Assembly: GCA_045614345.1 (NCBI GenBank)
Contig: JAZLCR010000034.1
Location: 1-49,560, forward strand
DNA: 49,560 nucleotides
Direction: 5' to 3'
DNA from: Candidatus Onthoplasma sp.
GTDB lineage: Bacteria; Bacillota; Clostridia; Christensenellales; UBA1242
In this document: positions 1-7,142 of the stretch, piece after piece
Layout of the letters: every line of letters starts with the position of its first letter
How positions within the stretch are numbered: position 1 is the stretch's first letter
Position numbers and translations under genes: made by a program
Notes under the pieces: generated by a model
What the model was told of the DNA's origin: nothing
Seen by the model: the letters and a program-made list of their open reading frames with translations, nothing else
Database searches by the model: none

Positions 1-1
1 G

Positions 2-229
2 CTCACATCTAACAGCGAAATTGGTAACACCAAAGAAAATATTACAGTTGGAGTTAAAGGTGAAGACCTTAATATCTCTTTCAACTCAAAATATTTCAGC
101 GATTGCTTGAGAGTTATTGATAATACTTATGTTAAAATGAATCTTAACAGCGCAATTCAACCATGCGTTATTACTCCATGTGAAGGTGAAGATTTTGTGT
201 TCTTAATCCTTCCGGTTAAAGCAAGATAA
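2..229 (+). CDS. dnaN: DNA polymerase III beta sliding clamp, 3' end (truncated by window start)
   Basis: Frame 2 reads LTSNSEIGNTKENITVGVKGEDLNISFNSKYFSDCLRVID...FVFLILPVKAR*, matching the beta-clamp C-terminus (GEDLxIxFNxxY...LILPV). Not in the ORF track. Confidence 0.93.
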   Translation, partial: LTSNSEIGNTKENITVGVKGEDLNISFNSKYFSDCLRVIDNTYVKMNLNSAIQPCVITPCEGEDFVFLILPVKAR

Positions 230-240
230 ATATTAAAAAA

Positions 241-266
241 AGCAAGAAGAATTTCTTGTTTTTTTA
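241..266 (+). terminator. Intrinsic terminator after dnaN
   Basis: AGCAAGAA-gaat-TTCTTGTT stem followed by a T-run. Confidence 0.7.
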
Positions 267-295
267 TTGACAACTTAAGAATTGTGTGATATCTT
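267..295 (+). promoter_or_regulatory. SigA-type promoter for 320..823
   Basis: TTGACA-17 nt-TATCTT with extended TG; GGGAGG RBS downstream. Confidence 0.65.
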
Positions 296-319
296 GTGGA
301 TCGTTAATGGGAGGATATT

Positions 320-823
320 ATGATTGAAACAATTAAAAAATTTTTAAAGAGGTATGATCTTGGTTGGACGGGTCTCATTGCAACTGTATATGAACAAGAT
401 TTCCACAAAGCATCTGAAAAAGATTTTAAAGAAATGGGAATTGTGAATTTTCAAGTTTATACAAGCAAAAACAAATATTTGGAAGTGTATGTTGAAATTG
501 ACCTTGTGAATTTCAATGTTCTTAGCATAAAAGAAAAAGATGCTAATGGTATTGAGAAGGATGTTGAGCTTGAAAATATTCAAAAAAATCAAGATTTATC
601 TAAAGAATGGGTTGAATTCCAATTGAGGGAAAAAGGCATGATGTTTGGGGTTGATGTAAAAAAGTATTGTGAAAAACATAAAAAAAGAATCAACTTCCAA
701 TATGATTTAAAAGCCGAAAAAATTGTAAAGAGTTTAGACGCTGTTGACAGAGATAGGTCAAAAGCTTTAAAGAGATATGATGATTTAGAAGCATCTATTT
801 CAGATAGCTCAAAAATGCTATAA
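320..823 (+). CDS. Hypothetical protein, 167 aa
   Basis: ORF with strong RBS (GGGAGG), its own promoter and a terminator; no recognisable motif. Confidence 0.75.
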   Translation: MIETIKKFLKRYDLGWTGLIATVYEQDFHKASEKDFKEMGIVNFQVYTSKNKYLEVYVEIDLVNFNVLSIKEKDANGIEKDVELENIQKNQDLSKEWVEFQLREKGMMFGVDVKKYCEKHKKRINFQYDLKAEKIVKSLDAVDRDRSKALKRYDDLEASISDSSKML

Positions 824-830
824 AATAGAT

Positions 831-871
831 AGTTATCCACATTTTAACAATAAAAGTGGATAACTTTTTTT
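831..871 (+). terminator. Terminator hairpin whose arms are DnaA boxes
   Basis: AGTTATCCAC...GTGGATAACT plus T-run. TTATCCACA at 833-841 is a perfect box; 855-863 is the reverse complement of TTATCCACT (1 mismatch). Confidence 0.7.
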
Positions 872-956
872 GTTAATCGTTTGATATTTTTTTTAAAGGA
901 TGTTATCATATTTACAATGTTAAACTAGAACATAAAAAATTGGGGAGAAAGAAAAT

Positions 957-1736
957 ATGAAAAATTTTTTTGAATATTTTTTTGGACAAGGTGAAACTGT
1001 TGAATTTACACATTTTTCACTTGCTCATTTCTTACCAATTATTTTGATGATCGGTGTTATTGTTCTGATTTATATTTATCGAGAGAAAATTGGTAAATAT
1101 AAAAATGAAGGCAGGATAAGGCTAGCTCTTTCTTTTGCAATGATTATTTGTGAAATGTCTTATTTCTGGAGATTGGTGGGAGTTCCAAGTTTAAACGCAA
1201 ATCCTGTGGATCATTTGCCAATAACAATTTGTGGTTGGGCATTAATATTTTGTTCATTTTTAGTTTTAACAAAAAATCAAACTCTTTTTGATATAGCTTA
1301 TTTTTGGGTTTTAGCAGGTAGTGTTTTTGCATTAATAACACCAACAGTTATCACATATTGTGGTCCAACAAGGTTTAGATATTATCAATTTTGGTTGGAA
1401 CATACGTTAGGTTATATTGCGTTATTTTATATGATTTTTATTCATGGGATGAGACCAAATGTGAAATCAATCTTTAAAGCTTTTGCTGCAATTGTTGTTA
1501 TGGGGATAATTGCAATCATGGCAAATGCAATGCTTCCAGGAGCAAATTACCTATTCCTTGCTCGCCCTGAATCGACAGAATCAATTTTAGATTTCTTGCC
1601 AACAAATTATGTTGTGAGAATAATAATAGTAGTGTTGATTATCAGCGTAATGTTCTTTTTATGTTATCTACCATGGCTCACTAAAGATATTAAAGAGAAA
1701 AGAAAATCAAATCCTATAAAAACAAACCCTCAATAA
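957..1736 (+). CDS. YwaF/TIGR02206-family integral membrane protein
   Basis: Multiple TM segments with family-like motifs FSLAH, LPITIC, F..H and ANYLFL. Confidence 0.8.
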   Translation: MKNFFEYFFGQGETVEFTHFSLAHFLPIILMIGVIVLIYIYREKIGKYKNEGRIRLALSFAMIICEMSYFWRLVGVPSLNANPVDHLPITICGWALIFCSFLVLTKNQTLFDIAYFWVLAGSVFALITPTVITYCGPTRFRYYQFWLEHTLGYIALFYMIFIHGMRPNVKSIFKAFAAIVVMGIIAIMANAMLPGANYLFLARPESTESILDFLPTNYVVRIIIVVLIISVMFFLCYLPWLTKDIKEKRKSNPIKTNPQ

Positions 1737-1762
1737 TTTTTATTATGAGTATAAGATTAATT

Positions 1763-1859
1763 GTTCCCACCGCAACTTGCTTGCGGTGGGGAAAGAGGAG
1801 CAAGCGAGCAAAGGCTAAAGTTTGCAGTTAGCGAACTAGCAACAGCGAGACTTGCGACG
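1763..1859 (-). repeat. ~97 bp GC-rich tRNA-adjacent element, copy A
   Basis: Reverse complement reads CGTCGCAAGTCTC...TTGCTCCTCTTTCCCCACCGCAAGCAAGTTGCGGTGGGAAC and aligns at both ends with 2995..3091. It ends 1 nt before tRNA-Ser(CGA). Confidence 0.65.
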
Positions 1860-1860
1860 A

Positions 1861-1948
1861 GGAGAGTTGTCGGAGTGGTTGAACGTGTCGCTCTCGAAAA
1901 GCGATAAGGTGAAAGCCTTCGGGGGTTCGAATCCCCCACTTTCCGCCA
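1861..1948 (+). tRNA. tRNA-Ser (CGA)
   Basis: GGAGAGT/ACTTTCC acceptor stem, G73-CCA, anticodon arm TCGCT-CTCGAAA-AGCGA, long variable arm, TTCGAAT loop. Confidence 0.96.
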
Positions 1949-1973
1949 AAAAATTATCAATTGGAGATAAAAT

Positions 1974-2669
1974 ATGATTAAGTATGTATTTTTTGATTTA
2001 GATGAAACATTGATAGACATTAAAAAGGCTCAAAATAACGCCATTAAATCTTTGTTTGAAATGTTTGGGTTTAACAACAAAACAACATTGGAAGATTTCA
2101 CTAAAAAATGGGACGAGTTGACCGATTTCCACTATAAGTTCTATACAACCAAACAGATTTCATATGAAGAACAAAGAAGACGCAGGGTTGTTGACCTTTT
2201 TAAAGTGTATGATATAATGTTAGAGCAAGATCCAATTGCTGTTTATGATATATATCTAAGAGAATTTGAAAATGCTTGGAGTGTGTTTGATGATGTTTTA
2301 ACAACGCTTCAAACTTTGAAAAATCAAGGTTATGAGTTAGGACTTATTAGTAATGGAGATTTTTCTCAACAAGTTCAAAAAATGCAAAAAGTTGGAATTT
2401 ATGAAATGTTTAAGTTTGTGAACACTTCAAGTCAGTTTGAATATTCAAAACCAAATCCAAAAGTTTTTGAAACGGTTTTTAACATGCATGGCATTAACTT
2501 TGATGAAGTTGTTTATGTTGGAGATAGTTACAAAAAAGACATTCTTCCTTGCAGAGAACTTGGAGTTAAAGGAATTTTAATTGACAGAAAGAATGTTGAA
2601 TATAACGACGAAGAACTTGTTAAAGTTGGAAATCTAACAGAAGTTTCTGAGTTGTTACAAAAAATATAG
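1974..2669 (+). CDS. HAD-superfamily hydrolase (YjjG-like nucleotidase/phosphatase)
   Basis: Motifs FFDLDETL, ISNG, KP and VGDSYKKDI. Confidence 0.9.
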   Translation: MIKYVFFDLDETLIDIKKAQNNAIKSLFEMFGFNNKTTLEDFTKKWDELTDFHYKFYTTKQISYEEQRRRRVVDLFKVYDIMLEQDPIAVYDIYLREFENAWSVFDDVLTTLQTLKNQGYELGLISNGDFSQQVQKMQKVGIYEMFKFVNTSSQFEYSKPNPKVFETVFNMHGINFDEVVYVGDSYKKDILPCRELGVKGILIDRKNVEYNDEELVKVGNLTEVSELLQKI

Positions 2670-2818
2670 TTTACCTTCGTTAGAAAGGCTATAAAATAGG
2701 TAAATGTAAAACTTATTTATGTTAGCCAAAGTTTGTTGAATATCAATTTAATCGAAGTATTAAAATTGCTTCTTTTGGGACTTTTTATATAAATCCAATG
2801 AATTCACAAACTTAATAT

Positions 2819-2900
2819 GCGGATATGGCGAAATGGCAAACGCGCTAGATTCAGGTTCTAGTGAGAAATCTTGCAGGTTCAAGTCCTGTTATCCGCACCA
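2819..2900 (+). tRNA. tRNA-Leu (CAG)
   Basis: GCGGATA/TATCCGC acceptor stem, ACCA end, anticodon arm CTAGA-TTCAGGT-TCTAG. Confidence 0.96.
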
Positions 2901-2903
2901 GAT

Positions 2904-2991
2904 GCAGAGATGGTCGAGTGGTTTAAGGCACACGCTTGGAAAGCGTGCGATGTTAACGCATCCGCAGGTTCGAATCCTGTTCTCTGCGCCA
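2904..2991 (+). tRNA. tRNA-Ser (GGA)
   Basis: GCAGAGA/TCTCTGC acceptor stem, GCCA end, anticodon arm CACGC-TTGGAAA-GCGTG, long variable arm. Confidence 0.95.
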
Positions 2992-2994
2992 CAA

Positions 2995-3091
2995 CGTCGC
3001 AAAACTCTTTTATTAATCATTTTGCAGTTGAAAAATTTCATTTTCAAGAAATTGTTCCTTTTTCCCTTCCGCAAGGAAATTGCGTGGAAAC
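2995..3091 (+). repeat. ~97 bp tRNA-adjacent element, copy B (degenerate)
   Basis: CGTCGCAAAACTC...TTGTTCCTTTTTCCCTTCCGCAAGGAAATTGCGTGGAAAC, starting 3 nt after the tRNA-Ser CCA; homologous to the reverse complement of 1763..1859. Confidence 0.6.
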
Positions 3092-3144
3092 CCTTACACA
3101 CTTCACTGTGGGTAAATAAACTTATTAAAATTTTCTCTTAAGCA

Positions 3145-3173
3145 TTGACTTAGGAGAATTTTTTTGTTATTCT
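3145..3173 (+). promoter_or_regulatory. SigA-type promoter of the rpmH operon
   Basis: TTGACT-17 nt-TATTCT with extended TG. Confidence 0.7.
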
Positions 3174-3333
3174 AATGCTAACATTAGGAAATCTAGTTTT
3201 AGATTTTGCAGTCCGAAAGGCAGTTTTGCCTTGAATTTATCTTATCGCAAATCCTTATGTGTAAACTTTTATTGGCAGTCGGTTGCTTAGAAGTTTATTT
3301 TTTAACGAAAAAATATAAAGGAGAATTTACAAG

Positions 3334-3468
3334 ATGAAACAAACTTACCAACCAAAGAAAAGACAACGCAGTAAAGTTCATGGATTTAGAGCTAGAATGA
3401 AAACTTTAACTGGAAGAAACGTTTTGAAACGTCGTCGTAACAAAGGCAGAAAAGAACTTACAAAATAA
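3334..3468 (+). CDS. rpmH: 50S ribosomal protein L34
   Basis: Hand-translated [44 protein letters not shown]; AAGGAG RBS; too short for the ORF track. Confidence 0.98.
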   Translation: MKQTYQPKKRQRSKVHGFRARMKTLTGRNVLKRRRNKGRKELTK

Positions 3469-3470
3469 TT

Positions 3471-3818
3471 ATGTTGAAAAAAATTAACAGATTAAAAAAG
3501 AAAAAAGAGTTTAATTATATCTACAAAAAGGGAACTGTTGCACATTCTTCAAGTTTCATTATTCATTTTGTGCGCGCTTTTAAGCCTTATCCTCAAATAG
3601 GCATTTCTGTTTCAAAAAGTGTAGGGAACAGTGTTGTTAGGTCTAGAGTTAAGCGAATAATAAGCGAAGCGTGTAGAATTAATATTGAAAAATTTGCTGT
3701 GAAAAATTATGTGATTACAGCAAAGGAAGTTGCAAAAGAAAAAACCAGCAAAGATATTGAACTCGAACTTTTGCGTGTTTTGAAGAAAAACGATTTAATT
3801 AAAGAGACAAAGGATTAG
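3471..3818 (+). CDS. rnpA: Ribonuclease P protein component
   Basis: RLKKKKEF and GISVSKSVGNSVVRSRVKR (RNR-type motif); directly after rpmH. Confidence 0.96.
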   Translation: MLKKINRLKKKKEFNYIYKKGTVAHSSSFIIHFVRAFKPYPQIGISVSKSVGNSVVRSRVKRIISEACRINIEKFAVKNYVITAKEVAKEKTSKDIELELLRVLKKNDLIKETKD

Positions 3819-3820
3819 TT

Positions 3821-4099
3821 ATGGGCTTTAGATTGTATTATATTTTAACCTATCCTTTAACATTAATTTGTTTGTTTTTAATCTTTATTTATCGCAAAGT
3901 TTTAACACATGGAAAAGCAAAGTGTTGTCATTTTTTGCCAACATGTAGCAAATATGCATGGGACTCCATTATCGAATTTGGTGCAATATGGGGCGGTGTT
4001 TTAACATTGAAAAGAATTGTTCGATGTGACCCTCATAACAAAGGAGGAGTGGACTTACCCAAATTAAATTTATTAGGGAATTATAAATGGAAATGTTAG
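3821..4099 (+). CDS. yidD: Membrane protein insertion efficiency factor
   Basis: CHFLPTCSKYA and KRIVRCDP...GG.D motifs; synteny. Confidence 0.93.
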   Translation: MGFRLYYILTYPLTLICLFLIFIYRKVLTHGKAKCCHFLPTCSKYAWDSIIEFGAIWGGVLTLKRIVRCDPHNKGGVDLPKLNLLGNYKWKC

Positions 4100-5121
4100 C
4101 TAATTTTAATTTAATTCTTGGGTTCAATTTATGGCATTCAATCATCTCATGGTTTGGAAGTTGGATTTCAAACTATGGTTGGGCAATCATTGTTTTCACA
4201 ATTGCCTTAAAATTGGTGATGAGCCCATTGGATATCTACCAAAGAATTCAATCAAAGAAACAACAAAAATTTAATTCTGCAATGCAACCAGAGTTGCAAG
4301 CAATTCAACAAAAATATGCTAATGACAAAAACAGATTAAATCAAGAGACTGCAAAGATTTATAAGAAATATAATGTGAATATGGGAGGAATGTGCCTTTC
4401 AATGCTACTCACTTTGGGTGTTAGCATGGTTGTGTTCTTCACATTGTTCTCAAGTTTGCGCTCTTACGGAACAACAAAACTTTATGAATCATATTCTCAA
4501 CTTGAAACAACATATGTTGAAGTGGTTGGAAATAAAAATCCTGCAGATTTAAGTGATGAAGAAAAAAATACTCTTGAAATTGCAATTGAATCAAAGTATG
4601 AAGAGATCAGTGAAAAGAATTCATGGCTTTGGGTTAAAAACGTTTGGAGAAAGGACTCAAACGAATCTCAATTTGTTGATTTCGAAGAATATGCAAAGCA
4701 TAAAGGTTTTGAAGCAGAAGTAAAAACCGAAGCAAAAACTGTTTATGATTACATAACTAGCACTATTGATGGAGAAAAAACTCAACCAAATGGTTATTAT
4801 GTTTTAATTATTTTGGCTGTGGCTATTTCATTCTTAACTCAATGGTTGTCACAAAAGTTAACAATGCCAAAAGGTCAAAAACTCAATACGGCAAACAAAG
4901 TTATGATGTGCATTATTCCAATATCAATGGCTTTATTTGCTTTCACATCAAACGTTGTGTTCGCCTTATATGTTATTGTTAACTCACTTATGACCGCAGT
5001 TATCTCAACAATTATTGCATATGCAATGAAAAAGAAAAATGGCAATGATGATAATGAAATAATATTGCCAAAGAAAAATGTTGAAGTTGTGGAATATAGC
5101 AGAAATAATTTAAAGAAATAA
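4087..5121 (+). CDS. yidC: YidC/Oxa1/SpoIIIJ membrane insertase
   Basis: NYGWAIIVFTI, MQPELQAIQQKY, GG.CL and LY...N motifs; synteny. Confidence 0.94.
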   Translation: MEMLANFNLILGFNLWHSIISWFGSWISNYGWAIIVFTIALKLVMSPLDIYQRIQSKKQQKFNSAMQPELQAIQQKYANDKNRLNQETAKIYKKYNVNMGGMCLSMLLTLGVSMVVFFTLFSSLRSYGTTKLYESYSQLETTYVEVVGNKNPADLSDEEKNTLEIAIESKYEEISEKNSWLWVKNVWRKDSNESQFVDFEEYAKHKGFEAEVKTEAKTVYDYITSTIDGEKTQPNGYYVLIILAVAISFLTQWLSQKLTMPKGQKLNTANKVMMCIIPISMALFAFTSNVVFALYVIVNSLMTAVISTIIAYAMKKKNGNDDNEIILPKKNVEVVEYSRNNLKK

Positions 5122-5137
5122 TAAGGAGATTTGTTAT

Positions 5138-5872
5138 ATGCAAATTGAAGCAACAGGAAAAAGCGTTGAAATCGCAATTCAAAATGGTTTACTTGAATGT
5201 GGAATGAAACGAGAAGATGTTAACGTTAAAGTTGTTGACGAAGGCGGACTTTTCAAGAAAGCTAAAGTTGTTTTAACTTGGGGTGAAACTCAACCGGAAG
5301 TTGAAGAAATCAAAGAAGAAATAGTTGAGACAGTTGAAGAAATCAAAGAAGAAACAGTTGAAACAGAAGAAGTTGTTGAGACTCAACCAGAAGTTAAACA
5401 AAAAAGAATTGTTGATTCAACAAGAATTCAAGAAAAAGGTAAGAACTTTTTATTAGGTCTTGCTAGAATGCTTGATGAAAATGCAACATGTGATGTTGCT
5501 GTTAACGAAAATGAAGTTTCTTTCTCTTTGAAAGGAGAAAAACTTGGAAAACTTATTGGTTTCCACGGAGATAACATTCAATCACTTCAAATTTTATTAA
5601 GCGGACTTAAAATACGTAGTGAAGGAGCTTTAAGATTGTTCCTTGATGTTGATGGATACAAAGCAAGCAGAAATCAAACAATCATCGACCTTGCGAATAA
5701 AACTGCTGAACAAGCAATTAAAATTGAAAGAAATATTCACTTAGATCCAATGAATGCTTATGAAAGAAGAATTGTTCACACAACTCTTCAAGAGCGTGAG
5801 GATGTAACAACTGAATCAACTGGAGAAGGTGAAAAACGTCACGTGGTTGTTAAACCAGTTTACAGAAGATAA
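5138..5872 (+). CDS. jag: Jag/KhpB (EloR) RNA-binding protein
   Basis: Jag_N (GKSVEIAI), KH (LIGFHG) and R3H (MNAYERRIVH) domains. Confidence 0.95.
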   Translation: MQIEATGKSVEIAIQNGLLECGMKREDVNVKVVDEGGLFKKAKVVLTWGETQPEVEEIKEEIVETVEEIKEETVETEEVVETQPEVKQKRIVDSTRIQEKGKNFLLGLARMLDENATCDVAVNENEVSFSLKGEKLGKLIGFHGDNIQSLQILLSGLKIRSEGALRLFLDVDGYKASRNQTIIDLANKTAEQAIKIERNIHLDPMNAYERRIVHTTLQEREDVTTESTGEGEKRHVVVKPVYRR

Positions 5873-5878
5873 AAAATT

Positions 5879-5899
5879 GCCAACTTAGTTGGCTTTTTT
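5879..5899 (+). terminator. Intrinsic terminator after jag
   Basis: GCCAAC-tta-GTTGGC followed by T6. Confidence 0.8.
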
Positions 5900-6082
5900 A
5901 TTTTAAAATTTAAAATTTCTTATGATTTGTTTGACTTTTAAGTTTTCAACTCTTAAAATTATTTTAAGAGTATGAAATTTCATATTCTTTCAAGGTAAAG
6001 AAGTTATAATTTTGGTTGTTTTAACATAAATTAAGATTATAAATTCCTTTATTCAAAAGTTTTAATTAGGGGGAAAGAGTTT

Positions 6083-7033
6083 ATGAAAAAGAAAATATTA
6101 AGTCTTGTTTTAGCATTTTGCATGATTATTCCATGTTCTTTAATGTTTGCAGGATGTGAAAAACCAACATTTGCAACAACATGGACATTCAATGAAACTC
6201 ATCACTGGCATGCCTCAACAAAAAAAGGAAGTGATGAAAAAGCAGATTATGCTGAACACGTTGATTCAAATGAAGATGAAGTTTGTGATGTTTGTTTGCA
6301 CGGAGCGGTTGCTTTGGTTGGAACAACAGCATACGCAAACTTGGAAACAGCAATAACTTCAGCATGTGATGCCTACCTTGAAGCTGTTGAAGTTGCAGGA
6401 AGTGCAGATGGAGTTGCAGATGTTGTTGTTAGTTTGTTTGATAACATTGAATTGGTTGCAAATCCAGATCCACTATATCCAGAAGAAACAAACAGAGGAA
6501 TATATATTACTAATGCGCACATAACATTAAAATTAAATGGTAAAACAATAACTGCAGAAAACTGGGATGGCTTTTCAATATTCTGTGTTGATGGAATGGG
6601 TTCAATACTTACAATTGAAGGCGAAGGAACAATCAATTCAGCTTCTCAAGTAAATGATTATTCAATGGCTGTTTGGGCAAGAAATGGTGGCGAAATTATT
6701 ATCAAAGGTGGAACATTCACAAATGTTGGAGCGAAAGCTTTTGAAGATAATGGAACAACTCCAAACAATAACGAATTAATATATGCAAGCGGTGGTAGCC
6801 AAATTAATATTACTGGTGGAACATTCATTGGAAACCATGAAAATACCACTCATGGAGTAATATATACTTTAAATCAACACGATGAAGGTTATGACACGAT
6901 TCTTGTTAGTGGTGGCAGATTTTACGCATATAATCCATCAGAGGTTGTTGTAGAACCAGAGGTGACAACATATGTTGGAACAGGTTACAAAGCTGTTCAA
7001 GATGGTGATTACTACGTTGTGGTTGCAGAATAG
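6083..7033 (+). CDS. Putative lipoprotein with His/Cys motif and beta-helix-like region
   Basis: Signal peptide with lipobox FAGC; THHWH...H..D..CDVC motif; repeated I.GG.F turns. Confidence 0.75.
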   Translation: MKKKILSLVLAFCMIIPCSLMFAGCEKPTFATTWTFNETHHWHASTKKGSDEKADYAEHVDSNEDEVCDVCLHGAVALVGTTAYANLETAITSACDAYLEAVEVAGSADGVADVVVSLFDNIELVANPDPLYPEETNRGIYITNAHITLKLNGKTITAENWDGFSIFCVDGMGSILTIEGEGTINSASQVNDYSMAVWARNGGEIIIKGGTFTNVGAKAFEDNGTTPNNNELIYASGGSQINITGGTFIGNHENTTHGVIYTLNQHDEGYDTILVSGGRFYAYNPSEVVVEPEVTTYVGTGYKAVQDGDYYVVVAE

Positions 7034-7047
7034 AGTTAATAAAAAAT

Positions 7048-7071
7048 AAAAAGAGCTTTATGCTCTTTTTT
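7048..7071 (+). terminator. Intrinsic terminator
   Basis: AAAAAGAGC-ttat-GCTCTTTTT type stem. Confidence 0.75.
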
Positions 7072-7083
7072 GTTTTGTTAAGA

Positions 7084-7112
7084 TTGACATTTTAATTTGT
7101 TGTTGTTATACT
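7084..7112 (+). promoter_or_regulatory. Near-consensus SigA promoter of lysS-gpsA
   Basis: TTGACA-17 nt-TATACT with extended TG; short leader with AAGGAG RBS. Confidence 0.8.
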
Positions 7113-7142
7113 AAAAGACATAAGCAAAATAAGGAGTTTAAC

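Noticed and set aside
1861-3100. Prophage or integrative element at the tRNA genes
   Set aside because: No integrase, no duplicated tRNA 3' end (att) and no phage genes seen in the window.
1757-3141. ORF-track entries 1757..2020(-), 2833..3141(+), 2871..3119(+) and 2889..3101(-)
   Set aside because: They overlap clear tRNA genes and the repeat element; spurious frames through structured RNA.
5285-5395. Short direct repeats in jag (GTTGAAGAAATCAAAGAAGAA twice; ACTCAACC.GAAGTT twice)
   Set aside because: They encode the low-complexity acidic linker typical of Jag proteins; not a CRISPR or mobile repeat.
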